Source: Parasphingorhabdus sp.
GTDB lineage: Bacteria > Pseudomonadota > Gammaproteobacteria > Arenicellales > CAJQKF01
Assembly (NCBI GenBank): GCA_047615875.1
Contig: JBLHGU010000003.1
Location: 8,476-72,475 of the forward strand
Reading direction: 5' to 3'
Length of the DNA stretch: 64,000 nucleotides
Positions 1 to 9,367 of the stretch are shown here, in pieces. The notes under the pieces are model-generated. The model worked only from the letters and a program-made list of their open reading frames with translations, had not been told where the DNA came from and did no database searches. Position numbers and translations under genes: made by a program. Each line of letters starts with the position of its first letter. The stretch's first letter is position 1.

Positions 1-1069
1 GAACTTCATCATCTTTAATGTCCAGATTGAACCAGTTAGTAATGGCCAGAGGGAAAATTGCACGTAAGGTTGCATCCAGAATTTCAGATTCGCGTATTTT
101 TGAATCGACTTTCAAATTATTTATTGTGTTATCCACACCAAATGCTAAATTGGCAGATTGAATTAGTTGATCGACGAATTGTTGACTTGGAACTGTACCA
201 TCCACCCGTACCAGGCCATTTTTATATTCTAGTTGAATACTGGGTTCCTGATCATTGCTGGGAAGTTTGATGTCAAATAGTAGTTTGGTATTTGACCCCA
301 GCAACTTATTTAGCTGAGAAGCAAGTCGGGTTTGTTGGTTTTTATCGCTTAATGTACCAGTAATCCTCAGGGTATCCGCTCCGGAAATTATTTGAAGCGG
401 GGATACAGTAGTTAGTAATTCCAGCATGTTATCAAAATTATCTATCCACGATGGTCGCTGTACAGCCTGATGGATACGCAAGTCAGCACCCAGCGGGTCG
501 GCTCCATAACTGGATCGTATCGCATTTATAATTAGATCAATATCAGATTGCTCCGGCAGCTCCCCTTCTACTGTAGTGATCCCTGCGTAGCTATGTAGTT
601 CGAACTTTCTTCCTATAGCATAATTTGTAACGATTCTTTTATCTTCGACGTGATCTACCTGAGTTAGTTGTCGAATCAACTCAACCATTTGTTTTCGATC
701 AATATTTGCATCCACATTGCCGAGCAAAATAACTGTTCTACCGTTAATTTCTAATTCTGGTTGTGGAAAACCAGCTGTTGCCAGAAGCTCTGAAGCTGTT
801 ATGACAATTTTCTGTTCGATTTCATGGCTGTGGTACCAGGATAATCCAAGACTAACGAGGAGTAGGGTTACCACACCGAAGGTTAAAGCTCCAAGTAATG
901 AAGTATTTATTCTACCTAGGCAGAATTTCCGTTGTATAGTGCGGTGACGAGAAAGTTTATTATTCAATTTTTGATTCTGGCGATACAATTGATCGTATTC
1001 CGCTCTGCGTGGTGTATTGGCGAAAAAAGGTTTTTTGCCTGGATGGGTCTGGGACGAACAGCGATACAC
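1..1069 (-). CDS. Membrane-anchored protein with BON-like repeats (possibly OmpA-family). The 3' end runs off the window and the start is uncertain.
   Basis: Absent from the ORF track because there is no stop in the window. My reverse-strand translation is open from a GTG at ~1069 to position 1. It reads ...RINTSLLGALTFGVVTLLLVSLGLSWYHSHE (one TM helix), then units such as INGRTVILLGNVDANIDRKQMVELIRQLTQVDHVEDKRIV that look like BON domains. The family call is inference. Confidence 0.55.
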   Translation of the reverse strand, partial: MYRCSSQTHPGKKPFFANTPRRAEYDQLYRQNQKLNNKLSRHRTIQRKFCLGRINTSLLGALTFGVVTLLLVSLGLSWYHSHEIEQKIVITASELLATAGFPQPELEINGRTVILLGNVDANIDRKQMVELIRQLTQVDHVEDKRIVTNYAIGRKFELHSYAGITTVEGELPEQSDIDLIINAIRSSYGADPLGADLRIHQAVQRPSWIDNFDNMLELLTTVSPLQIISGADTLRITGTLSDKNQQTRLASQLNKLLGSNTKLLFDIKLPSNDQEPSIQLEYKNGLVRVDGTVPSQQFVDQLIQSANLAFGVDNTINNLKVDSKIRESEILDATLRAIFPLAITNWFNLDIKDDEV

Positions 1070-1163
1070 TCCTCTAGTCGAGAGACAACATTAGATTCAG
1101 TGACGCAACTGAAAACTATAACATTTTGTACGACACCCTAGGTGATCTACGGAGATATTAAAC

Positions 1164-2042
1164 GTGTCAGGCAACTATAGATTTACAAAAGGAGCGCAAT
1201 GTTTTTTGCTACTTGCAGCTGTGCTGGTTTCAACCAACTCTGTTTCGCAAGATAGCAATACTCTTACATGGGCTGGTTGTGGAATTACCAAAAAAGCATT
1301 TATGTCTGAATTGGCCGATGGCTTCAAGCAGCGAACTGGCATTGAATTCAAATTGGAAGGTGGCGGTGCGACTCGAGGTGTGCGGGATTCAGCTAAACTA
1401 AAGATCGACATTGGTGGCTCTTGCCGCATAACTTTGCCAGATACCGATTCTTCTGAGCTGCATGCAACTATGTACCCCGTTGCATGGGATGCTTTGGCAA
1501 TTATTGTGCATCCGAGCAACCCGGTTAAAAGCGTCAGCATGGCGCAAATAAAAGATATTTACACCGGTAGGATTACCAATTGGAGTGAGCTTGGTGGTGC
1601 GGATGCGCCACTAAAACTGTTTGTGCGCAAGGGAAAAATTTCCGGTGTTGGATATGCCATCAGGCAATATATATTCGAAGATTCCGAGCAAGAATTCGCA
1701 ACTGAGGATATTTTTCGATCTTCTGGCCCACTGGAAAAAGCCGTAGAGAAAGATCCACAGGCATTTAGTATTACTGGTATCAGTAGTGCCCGTAAGCGTG
1801 AAGTCAAAGTCATTGGATTTGACGGTATGGATCCCTCCTTCGAGAATGTTCGGGATGGACACTATGGTCTGTATCGACCCTTGTTCCTGGTTACAGGGCC
1901 AACTCCGTCAGTAAAGGTGAAACAATTTATTGCTTTTGCTACCTCAGAAGAGGGTAAGCAAATCATTCGGGCCAACCAAACAGTGCCCTATCATGATGCA
2001 TTGAATCTGGTATCAAAAATGCTTATCTATGGATTGAATTAA
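1164..2042 (+). CDS. PstS-family phosphate ABC transporter substrate-binding protein
   Basis: 292 aa with an N-terminal signal-like segment (FLLLAAVLVSTNSVSQ). Motifs LTWAGCGITK...EGGGATRGVRD...IGGSCR...ITNWSELGG are typical of the PstS/PBP superfamily. GTG start. Confidence 0.8.
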   Translation: MSGNYRFTKGAQCFLLLAAVLVSTNSVSQDSNTLTWAGCGITKKAFMSELADGFKQRTGIEFKLEGGGATRGVRDSAKLKIDIGGSCRITLPDTDSSELHATMYPVAWDALAIIVHPSNPVKSVSMAQIKDIYTGRITNWSELGGADAPLKLFVRKGKISGVGYAIRQYIFEDSEQEFATEDIFRSSGPLEKAVEKDPQAFSITGISSARKREVKVIGFDGMDPSFENVRDGHYGLYRPLFLVTGPTPSVKVKQFIAFATSEEGKQIIRANQTVPYHDALNLVSKMLIYGLN

Positions 2043-2062
2043 ACGTTAATAATTCAACAAAA

Positions 2063-2101
2063 ATGCCGGCTGCAGTCTCCTGCAGGCCGGCATTCTTTAT
2101 T
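2063..2101 (+). terminator. Rho-independent terminator after the pstS-like gene
   Basis: atgccggctgcag / tctc / ctgcaggccggcat forms a ~13 bp GC-rich stem with one bulge, followed by tctttatt. It begins 21 nt after the stop. Confidence 0.75.
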
Positions 2102-2198
2102 CATCCCGATTGTTTTTTCTGTCGCAGGTAATTCGTCAGGTCAATTCGATCGGATAGATTATCGCGCAAACTATCAATAATATTCTAGAGGAACAAAA

Positions 2199-2669
2199 AT
2201 GCCAATAGAAGAGGGCAAAGCCGCACCACAGTTCACACTCAAAGACCAGGACGGTAAAAACGTATCGTTAAGTGAGTTTTTGGGTCGTTATGTCGTGGTT
2301 TATTTTTATCCAGCCGACGATACCCCAGGTTGTACCAAACAGGCCTGTGGATTTAGAGCGTTATGGAAAGACTATGAAGCAGCCAATATTGCTGTTTTAG
2401 GCATCTCCCCAGACGATGAGGCATCCCACAGAGAGTTTATTGAGAAATTTCAATTGCCGTTTACCTTACTCTGCGATCCTGAAAAAGAAGTGATGGCAGA
2501 GTATGGAGCCTGGGGTGAGAAAATGATGTATGGTAAGAAGAAAATAGGCGTGATTCGTTCTACCGTTCTAGTCGACCCTGCTGGTAATGTTGTCAAGCAT
2601 TGGAAGAGAGTTGCAAAGGCCGAATCTCACGCTGAGAAAGTGCTACAGGTAATTTCCGCCTCTGCCTAG
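2199..2669 (+). CDS. bcp: Thioredoxin-dependent peroxiredoxin Bcp (PrxQ)
   Basis: 156 aa. The FYPADDTPGCTKQACGFR peroxidatic/resolving Cys motif and the length match Bcp. Confidence 0.9.
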   Translation: MPIEEGKAAPQFTLKDQDGKNVSLSEFLGRYVVVYFYPADDTPGCTKQACGFRALWKDYEAANIAVLGISPDDEASHREFIEKFQLPFTLLCDPEKEVMAEYGAWGEKMMYGKKKIGVIRSTVLVDPAGNVVKHWKRVAKAESHAEKVLQVISASA

Positions 2670-2716
2670 TGGATGGATTTCGAGGATTGTAAGGATTCAC
2701 GCAGTTCCGTATGCAA

Positions 2717-3340
2717 TTAAGGCATTGGTATCTCTAAATCGCGCTTCGGCACATCATAGCCCGCAATAACAGCCGGTCGTTTTGCTATCTCAAGAAACCA
2801 GCGCTTAACGTTTGGGTACTCATGCAAATTAACCTGGTGCCATTCGAATCGGGATACCCATGGCCAGCAAGCCATGTCGACAATGGAATACTCGCTAACG
2901 ATATACTCGTGATCGGCTAATTGGTTATTCAAAACGCCATAGAGTCGATTCGCTTCTTTGTGAAAACGCTGCTCTGCGTATTCGCTCACGCCCGAGTTAT
3001 ATTTTAGAAAATGGTGACCCTGACCCAGTATCGGGCCGAGATGGGCCATTTGCCACATAAGCCACTGTAGCGTTTCATAATAGCGATCACGATCAAGAAA
3101 CTTGCCTGTTTTATCGGCAAGATACATTAAAATAGCTCCGGATTCCGCCATTTGGACTCCGGAATCATGATCGACAATCGCTGGAATTTTCTGATTTGGG
3201 CTTAGTGCGATGAATTCTGGCGTATGTTGATCACCATTGTTTATGTCTATTTCGATTACCCGGAAGGGCAATTGAAACTCTTCGAGAGCGATTGAGATTT
3301 TGCGGCCGTTGGGTGTCGACCAGGTATATAAATCTATCAT
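2717..3340 (-). CDS. yfcG: Glutathione S-transferase family disulfide reductase, YfcG-like
   Basis: 207 aa. MIDLYTWSTPNGRKISIALEE...SPNQKIPAIVDH...ESGAILMYLADKTG is near-collinear with my recollection of E. coli YfcG. Confidence 0.75.
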   Translation of the reverse strand: MIDLYTWSTPNGRKISIALEEFQLPFRVIEIDINNGDQHTPEFIALSPNQKIPAIVDHDSGVQMAESGAILMYLADKTGKFLDRDRYYETLQWLMWQMAHLGPILGQGHHFLKYNSGVSEYAEQRFHKEANRLYGVLNNQLADHEYIVSEYSIVDMACWPWVSRFEWHQVNLHEYPNVKRWFLEIAKRPAVIAGYDVPKRDLEIPMP

Positions 3341-3357
3341 TTTTAGTTATTACCTGA

Positions 3358-4173
3358 CTATGTGTAACAGTGTTCGGGAGCGGGAAACTGGCCAGTTCTG
3401 ACAGCCTCGGAAAAATTTCTTACCGCGCCCTCAATACTGCCTCCACTGTCGATCAGAAAATTTTTCACAAATTTGGCCTTGGTGCCTGGATAATGCCCGA
3501 GCATATCGTGCCAGACCATTATCTGCCCATCAGTATGGGGGCCAGCGCCAATGCCAATAACCGGAATCTGCAGGCTTTCGGTAACTCGTTTGCCAAGTTC
3601 GACCGGCACACATTCAAGTAACAGCGTGCTTGCACCGGCTTGTTCCAGAAGTTTTGCCTCGTTAATAATTTCCTGGGCTTGACCCGGATCTCTACCCTGT
3701 ACACGATAGCCACCAAGATGATTCACCGATTGTGGGGTAAGTCCCATGTGCGCACAGACGGGTATTCCACGTTCTGTTAATAAGCGGGTCGACTCTGCCA
3801 ACCAGGCACCACCTTCCAGTTTCACCATCTGCGCGCCTTCTCGCATCAGTGTGGCAGCACTCTCAAGCGTTTTGTGTTCTGAGTAATAACTCATGAAGGG
3901 CAGATCAGCCATGATCAAAGATCCCTGGTTACCACGCCGCACACAACGAACATGATAAGCCACATCTTCAATAGTAACCGGCAGGCTGCTGTCGTGCCCC
4001 TGTATTACCATGCCTAGCGAATCACCAACCAGGATAATTTCCACACCCGCACTGCTAATACAATGTGAACTACAGTAATCGTAGGCCGTTAGTGAGGAAA
4101 ACTTTTTGCCTTCGGATTTTAATTTGCGCAAAGTGGTGATGGATACTTTGCGCTGGTTGCTTTGTACTGACAT
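3358..4173 (-). CDS. panB: 3-methyl-2-oxobutanoate hydroxymethyltransferase
   Basis: LTAYDY...ILVGDSLGMVIQGHDSSLPVT...VKLEGG are PanB motifs. I prefer the ATG at 4173 (MSVQSN...) over the TTG at 4185. Confidence 0.9.
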   Translation of the reverse strand: MSVQSNQRKVSITTLRKLKSEGKKFSSLTAYDYCSSHCISSAGVEIILVGDSLGMVIQGHDSSLPVTIEDVAYHVRCVRRGNQGSLIMADLPFMSYYSEHKTLESAATLMREGAQMVKLEGGAWLAESTRLLTERGIPVCAHMGLTPQSVNHLGGYRVQGRDPGQAQEIINEAKLLEQAGASTLLLECVPVELGKRVTESLQIPVIGIGAGPHTDGQIMVWHDMLGHYPGTKAKFVKNFLIDSGGSIEGAVRNFSEAVRTGQFPAPEHCYT

Positions 4174-4324
4174 TCGGCAACTCAACTAGGTATTGATAGA
4201 GAAAAGCGAATTATAGAGGAATAGGAGTCAGTCCGGGGTTTGATCTGGTGTAACAACCCTTGGCAGAGATTTTCTGCTTCTGTAACATGGCAATTCAAAT
4301 CTACTACTGAATGGATTTCCATCC

Positions 4325-4819
4325 TTGAAAACACTTTACCTTATGCGACACGCCAAATCCGATTGGCTAGCCGGCGTGCAGTCAGATTTTGATCGACCAC
4401 TCAATGAACGCGGCAGAAGAGAAGCCACAGAAATGGGTGATTTTCTTTGCACACGGCCTTCGCCACCAGAACGCGTGGTAAGTTCATCTGCATTGCGGGC
4501 TCGGCAAACTACGGAGCAAGTGTTTCTTCAAACCGGTTGGTCACCGGAGAAGCTCCTGTTTGAATCGTCATTGTATATGGCGAGCCTGCGGACGCTTATT
4601 GAGATCTGCGAGGCTGAAAGCCATTATCAAAGTTTATTGATCCTGGGACATAATCCGGGACTGGACGATTTGCTGGTATTTCTGTGTGGCGAAGATGTCG
4701 AGCGCACCCATAACGGAGAGCTATTTACCACAGCTAATATTGCCGTGATTGAACTTGCTGATGGGGTAATCGATCAAAAGCAAAACTCCCAGTTAATTGA
4801 GTTAAGACGACCCCAATAG
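4325..4819 (+). CDS. sixA: Phosphohistidine phosphatase SixA (histidine phosphatase superfamily)
   Basis: 164 aa. LYLMRHAKS (RHG-type motif) and LILGHNPG (second catalytic His). The TTG start is needed to keep the strand preceding RHA. Confidence 0.8.
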   Translation: MKTLYLMRHAKSDWLAGVQSDFDRPLNERGRREATEMGDFLCTRPSPPERVVSSSALRARQTTEQVFLQTGWSPEKLLFESSLYMASLRTLIEICEAESHYQSLLILGHNPGLDDLLVFLCGEDVERTHNGELFTTANIAVIELADGVIDQKQNSQLIELRRPQ

Positions 4820-4822
4820 ACC

Positions 4823-5716
4823 ATGCAGTCAGAATCTATAATTTCTCAGGATATTTTGAGCGACAAAGCAAGCATGCATACGCGCGTTATGTTCTATGCA
4901 TCTGCTATTTATCTGGCAAGTATGTCAGTGATTATTCAATGGTGGAATTCCAGCATTATTGACGAACAGGATAGTGTCGCTACTGTAGGCATTATGCTGA
5001 TCATTTGGGCACCGTTTATAGTCGAAGGTTTGATTGGACTGATCAGGAATCGCCATCTAGAAAACAATTTCAAGCGACTTTTACTAATCAGCCTGGTGCC
5101 GGCTTTCAGGATGTGTATTTCAACTTTTCATGATGGAAAGATAATCTGGCTGCCAAGGCTGGGCTGGCAGCGCAAAGACGATGATCTGTTAAAGCGATTA
5201 AGCGATCTTTCAACCATGCCAATGTTGTTTATCGCGTTGATGATATTACCGGTGTTTGCCACTGAGCTTATATTAAAAGACCGTGTCGCTGAGATACCCT
5301 GGTTGAGCTATCTGCTGCATGGCAGCACCGCCTTCATCTGGTTCGCCTTTACGTTGGAGTTTATTCTTTTGGTATCGGTGGCCGAGAAGAAACTCGACTA
5401 CTGCAAGAAAAACTGGTTGAACCTGATTATTATCCTGTTGCCACTCATAGCGTTTCTGCGTGGTTTTCAATTAGTGAGAGCATTTCGTCTCGCTCAGGCC
5501 AGTAAGATGTTGCGTATGTATCGCATGCGTAGTCTTGGTCTCAGGGTGTATCAGACAATGATTGCGTTAAGTGCCATAGAGCGTCTGCTGCATCGAGATC
5601 CTCAAAAACATCTGGAAAAGCTACAACAACAGCATGATGATGCAGAACAACATCTAGCCTATATTAAGGGCAAGATCGTCAATGTGAAGCGTCGTATTGC
5701 AGATGCCGAAGAGTAG
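4823..5716 (+). CDS. Membrane protein with a voltage-sensor-like (S1-S4) module, no pore domain, and a C-terminal coiled coil
   Basis: 297 aa. FTLEFILLVSVAEKKLDYCKKNWLNLIIILLPLIAFLRGFQLVRAFRLAQASKMLRMYRMR resembles Ion_trans S2-S3-S4. The C-terminal ~65 aa are hydrophilic and heptad-like, with no selectivity-filter motif. The ATG is 4 nt after the sixA stop. Confidence 0.7.
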   Translation: MQSESIISQDILSDKASMHTRVMFYASAIYLASMSVIIQWWNSSIIDEQDSVATVGIMLIIWAPFIVEGLIGLIRNRHLENNFKRLLLISLVPAFRMCISTFHDGKIIWLPRLGWQRKDDDLLKRLSDLSTMPMLFIALMILPVFATELILKDRVAEIPWLSYLLHGSTAFIWFAFTLEFILLVSVAEKKLDYCKKNWLNLIIILLPLIAFLRGFQLVRAFRLAQASKMLRMYRMRSLGLRVYQTMIALSAIERLLHRDPQKHLEKLQQQHDDAEQHLAYIKGKIVNVKRRIADAEE

Positions 5717-5748
5717 TATTGCTGGAACAGTTATTCTGGCGGAATGAA

Positions 5749-6102
5749 TTATCCGGCCCGGGTGCCAGCAGGTACAGTTGCTTCAGGCTGAGCTAACACC
5801 GGCGTAATACCATCTTCATAACCCAGGTCAAACAACATACCTTCCGACAGCATGCCGGCCATTTTTCTGGATTCGAGATTTACTACAAATAACGCTTGTT
5901 GACCAACCAGTTCCTGTAGGTTTTCGCGTTCATTCTTCATGCCAGAGAGAATGGTGCGCTGGTGGTCACCGAAGCTAACAATTAACGCTACTAGCTTTCT
6001 TGATTTTGGTACATCATCAACCGCGGTGATGGTGCCGACACGTAAATCGATTTTAGAGATATCATCAAAGTTAATGATCGGTTTAATTGGGGCCGGGGTC
6101 AT
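5749..6102 (-). CDS. tRNA-binding domain protein (CsaA/YgjH/EMAP-like)
   Basis: IDLRVGTI...KSRKL..L.VSFGD..RTI.SG...LVGQQALFVVNL..RKMAG..SEGML is the OB-fold tRNA-binding signature. I chose the ATG at 6102 (GAGGA 7 nt upstream). The track start at 6177 would overlap the upstream gene. Confidence 0.8.
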   Translation of the reverse strand: MTPAPIKPIINFDDISKIDLRVGTITAVDDVPKSRKLVALIVSFGDHQRTILSGMKNERENLQELVGQQALFVVNLESRKMAGMLSEGMLFDLGYEDGITPVLAQPEATVPAGTRAG

Positions 6103-6115
6103 GGTGAATAATTCC

Positions 6116-7450
6116 TCAAATTCCGTAGGCTTTGCGTAGCAAACTGATTGGATGCTGGGCAGTGGTGCCGTTATCAAGTATATGTTCCAGGTGCCGACCA
6201 GCTACCGGGCAGTCGCTGCCATAGTGATCGGCGTCCTGGCGTTTGATTAGTTTAACCACCGGTCGGGCAATTTTTACTGAGGCCGCGTGAAACTCCTTTT
6301 TTACTGCATAGGTGCCGTCATGCCCAGAGCAACGCTCGATGGCGGTTACCGTGGTATCGGGGATAAGCTTTAATAGATCGCGGGTTTTATTGCCAATTCT
6401 CTGCACACGCTGATGGCAGGCAACATGGTAAGAAACCTTGCCCAGGCTATTGGTGAAAGAGGTGTTAAGTAACCCATCCTTGTGTCGAAGCATGAGGTAT
6501 TCGAAGGGGTCGAACATTCCTTTCTGTACTGCTGTTACGTCACCATCATCTGGAAACATTAATGGTAGTTCCTGTTTAAACATGAGTACGCAGGAAGGCA
6601 CCAGCGCCATGATGTCGTAGCCTTCATCTATGGCTTTTTTCATTAACGGGATGTTGTGTTGCTTCTGTTTTTCAACAGACTGCAAATCTCCCAGTTCCAG
6701 TTTGGGCATACCGCAACATTTTTCGCCGTCAATGAGTTTTACTTCAATATTGTTGTGTTCTAAAACGGTAACTAGATCCTCGCCAATTCCGGGCTCGTTA
6801 TAGTTTCCATAACAGGTGCCAAACAACGCTACCTTGCCAGCAGTTCTTTGCCCGGCTTTGGCAACCACAGAACTGTGTCCACGCATTCGTTTACGCAGAG
6901 TTTTACTGTTATACGGTGGCAACCTGGCATCTTTATGCACACCCAGTGTTTTCTCCAGCAAACCTCGGGCGGCAGTGTTGTTGTTTGCAGCATTAACCAC
7001 GTTTACCACAATGGGAATGCTGGCCAGGCTGCCCACCGTATCTGTACTGGAAAGAATCTTATCTCGGGTCGAAGATGACTCCTCTTTGAAGCGGGTTGCC
7101 TTGGCACGTAGCATTAGATGTGGAAAGTCCAGATTCCATTCATGGGGTGGCACATAAGGACATTTGGTTAGATAACACAAATCACACAAATAACAGTGAT
7201 CAACTACTTTCCAATAATCCTGTTTAGCTATACCATCAACCTCCATGGTTTCCGACTCATCTACCAGATCAAACAGGGTAGGGAATGACTGGCATAAACT
7301 CACGCAGCGTCGGCAACCATGGCAAATATCGAATACCCGTTCCATCTCGGTAAATAACTCGTCCTCGTTATAAAAGGCGTCAGATTTCCAGTCCAGTGCG
7401 TGGCGGGTTGGTGCCTCCAGACTGCCTTCTCGTTGTGTGCCGTGGGCCAT
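6116..7450 (-). CDS. (Fe-S)-binding oxidoreductase, GlpC/HdrD-like
   Basis: 444 aa. Two ferredoxin-type Cys clusters (CHGCRRCVSLC, CYLCDLCYLTKCP) plus C-terminal Cys-rich CCG-like segments (EKCCGMP, ERCSGHDG). Confidence 0.75.
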   Translation of the reverse strand: MAHGTQREGSLEAPTRHALDWKSDAFYNEDELFTEMERVFDICHGCRRCVSLCQSFPTLFDLVDESETMEVDGIAKQDYWKVVDHCYLCDLCYLTKCPYVPPHEWNLDFPHLMLRAKATRFKEESSSTRDKILSSTDTVGSLASIPIVVNVVNAANNNTAARGLLEKTLGVHKDARLPPYNSKTLRKRMRGHSSVVAKAGQRTAGKVALFGTCYGNYNEPGIGEDLVTVLEHNNIEVKLIDGEKCCGMPKLELGDLQSVEKQKQHNIPLMKKAIDEGYDIMALVPSCVLMFKQELPLMFPDDGDVTAVQKGMFDPFEYLMLRHKDGLLNTSFTNSLGKVSYHVACHQRVQRIGNKTRDLLKLIPDTTVTAIERCSGHDGTYAVKKEFHAASVKIARPVVKLIKRQDADHYGSDCPVAGRHLEHILDNGTTAQHPISLLRKAYGI

Positions 7451-7569
7451 AGTCGTTTTCTATCAAATTGAAATGAATGTATAAACTCTGTAAATATCAG
7501 AGGTTACTAAAGTCTATCGAATAAACCTTATTAAGGTCTATCAAGAATTTTGAATTTATGATCTATAAT

Positions 7570-7899
7570 TTACGTGCTCGATTTAGCTAGCATAATGCGC
7601 CCTTCGATTACTTCCACAGTGTAGACCTGTATAGCAACTTCCGCCGGCTCATCCAGTGCAGCACCCGTGCGTAGGCAGAATCGACTGCCGTGTAATGGGC
7701 AGCTAATAGTCGCATTTTTTAATGCACCCAATGACAACGAGGCATCCTCGTGGCTACAGGTGTCGGAAACAGCGTAAAGATCATCGCCGTCATTGGCGAG
7801 CAAAATGCGTTCACCGAAAGCGTTTACCCTGAGCATGTCGCCGGGCTTAAGCGCATCCATCGCGGCAACATCAATAAACTGACTTTTTTGTCTATTCAT
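7570..7899 (-). CDS. Rieske [2Fe-2S] ferredoxin, NirD-like
   Basis: CSHEDASL...CPLHGSRF is a Rieske motif. The ATG at 7899 overlaps the cysG stop (TAATG). The longer track start (7917) lies inside cysG. Confidence 0.8.
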   Translation of the reverse strand: MNRQKSQFIDVAAMDALKPGDMLRVNAFGERILLANDGDDLYAVSDTCSHEDASLSLGALKNATISCPLHGSRFCLRTGAALDEPAEVAIQVYTVEVIEGRIMLAKSST

Positions 7900-9278
7900 T
7901 ACGATTGTTGATACCAATTGAGTTGATCACGTAGTGTGACTACCTCACCGATGATAATTAATGTTGGGGCGCTGATAGTTTCAGTTTTCAGCAGTTCCGG
8001 GAGAGATGCTAGTGTGCCTGTGAATACTCTTTGTTCGCGGGTAGTTCCCTTTTCGATCAATGCAGCGGGCATATGCGGTGGTGTGCCGTGCTCGATCATT
8101 TGACGGGCTAAGGTGGCGAGACCGGTTAGCCCCATATACACCACTACTGTTTGTTGCGGCTGGCAGAGTAGATCCCAGTTCAAGTCCATTTTGCCACTTT
8201 TTAGATGACCGGTAACGAATACACAGGATTGAGAAAAATCCCGATGGGTCAACGGAATACCTGAGTAAGCAGCACAACCGGCTGCTGCGGTTATACCCGG
8301 CACTACTTGAAAAGGGATACCCTCGCGCATTAAGCCTTCTATTTCTTCACCACCGCGGCCGAAAATAAATGGATCACCACCTTTTAAACGTAACACCCGT
8401 TTACCCTGTCGGGCCAGTTGCATAAGCAGCTGATTGATCTGATCCTGTGGCACGGCGTGATTTGCCTTCTCCTTACCCACATAAATCAGGTCTGCGCCTT
8501 TGCGAACCATGGCCAGGATCTCAGGCGACACCAGTCGGTCGTGGAGAACCACATCAGCCAATTGCAATAGTCTCAGGGCCCTAAAAGTTAATAAGTCCGG
8601 ATCACCTGGCCCGGCTCCTACCAGATACACTTCGCCGCGAGACTTGTACTCTCCTTTGGCAATGCTTCTTTCAAGTGCCTGTTCTGCGGCAGCTTCGTTA
8701 CCAGAAAAAATCATCTCGGCAATATTGCCCTGCAAAACGTTATCCCAAAATCGCCGGCGATCGGCGACCTTAAGTGTAGATTTCACCTGATCACGATATT
8801 TTTCTACCATCAAGGCCAGACGACCATAAGCCGCAGGAATAATGCTTTCCAGTCTGGCACGTAGTAGTCGGGCCAGTACCGGCGAGGAGCCACCGGTTGA
8901 AACCGCAACAACTACTGGGGAACGATCGATAACTGATGGCACAATGAAGCTACCCTGGTCCGGATGATCGGCCACATTGACAGGAATATTCGCAGCATCA
9001 GCCAGTTGCGCTACGCTGCGATTAACCTCTGGGTCATTGGTTGCAGCAATGACTAGTCGACAACCCTCAATTAAATCTTCTGTAAACTCCGTGGCTTGAT
9101 AGCTGACCATCCCATCGTCAATCATTCGCCTTAACGTGTCACCTGTTTCAGGCGCAACAACCATTACCTGTCCGCCTGCTTCGAGCAACAAGTTTGCCTT
9201 TCGAGCTGCCACCTCGCCAGCGCCCACAACCAGGCATCGATGGTCTTTAATGTCGAAGAATATTGGCAGAAATCTCAT
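7899..9278 (-). CDS. cysG: Siroheme synthase (uroporphyrinogen-III methyltransferase / precorrin-2 dehydrogenase / ferrochelatase)
   Basis: 459 aa. N-terminal Rossmann motif VVGAGEVAARK, then the methylase motif VYLVGAGPGDPDLLT...LKGGDPFIFGRGGEE. Confidence 0.92.
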   Translation of the reverse strand: MRFLPIFFDIKDHRCLVVGAGEVAARKANLLLEAGGQVMVVAPETGDTLRRMIDDGMVSYQATEFTEDLIEGCRLVIAATNDPEVNRSVAQLADAANIPVNVADHPDQGSFIVPSVIDRSPVVVAVSTGGSSPVLARLLRARLESIIPAAYGRLALMVEKYRDQVKSTLKVADRRRFWDNVLQGNIAEMIFSGNEAAAEQALERSIAKGEYKSRGEVYLVGAGPGDPDLLTFRALRLLQLADVVLHDRLVSPEILAMVRKGADLIYVGKEKANHAVPQDQINQLLMQLARQGKRVLRLKGGDPFIFGRGGEEIEGLMREGIPFQVVPGITAAAGCAAYSGIPLTHRDFSQSCVFVTGHLKSGKMDLNWDLLCQPQQTVVVYMGLTGLATLARQMIEHGTPPHMPAALIEKGTTREQRVFTGTLASLPELLKTETISAPTLIIIGEVVTLRDQLNWYQQS

Positions 9279-9367
9279 GGCTTCAATTGTATTAGTTGTC
9301 CAGCCTGATTGTGCTGCATGCGGAGGGTGAATTTGAATATCCAGGAATCGGTAGGTTTTCTACAGTG

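Noticed and set aside
1070-1163. A Pho box upstream of the PstS-like gene.
   Set aside because: I looked for CTGTCAT-N4-CTGTCAT-like direct repeats and found none convincing.
1175-1862. Minus-strand ORFs (121, 84 and 83 aa) and the + ORF at 1213..1401 overlapping the PstS-like gene. Similar antisense or out-of-frame ORFs occur throughout the track (for example 3370..3621, 6816..7157, 8500..8790, 42441..42773, 54362..54751, 63092..63736).
   Set aside because: Each lies wholly inside a longer ORF with clear family motifs, and their translations are low-complexity or Arg/Ser/Cys-rich with no recognisable motifs.
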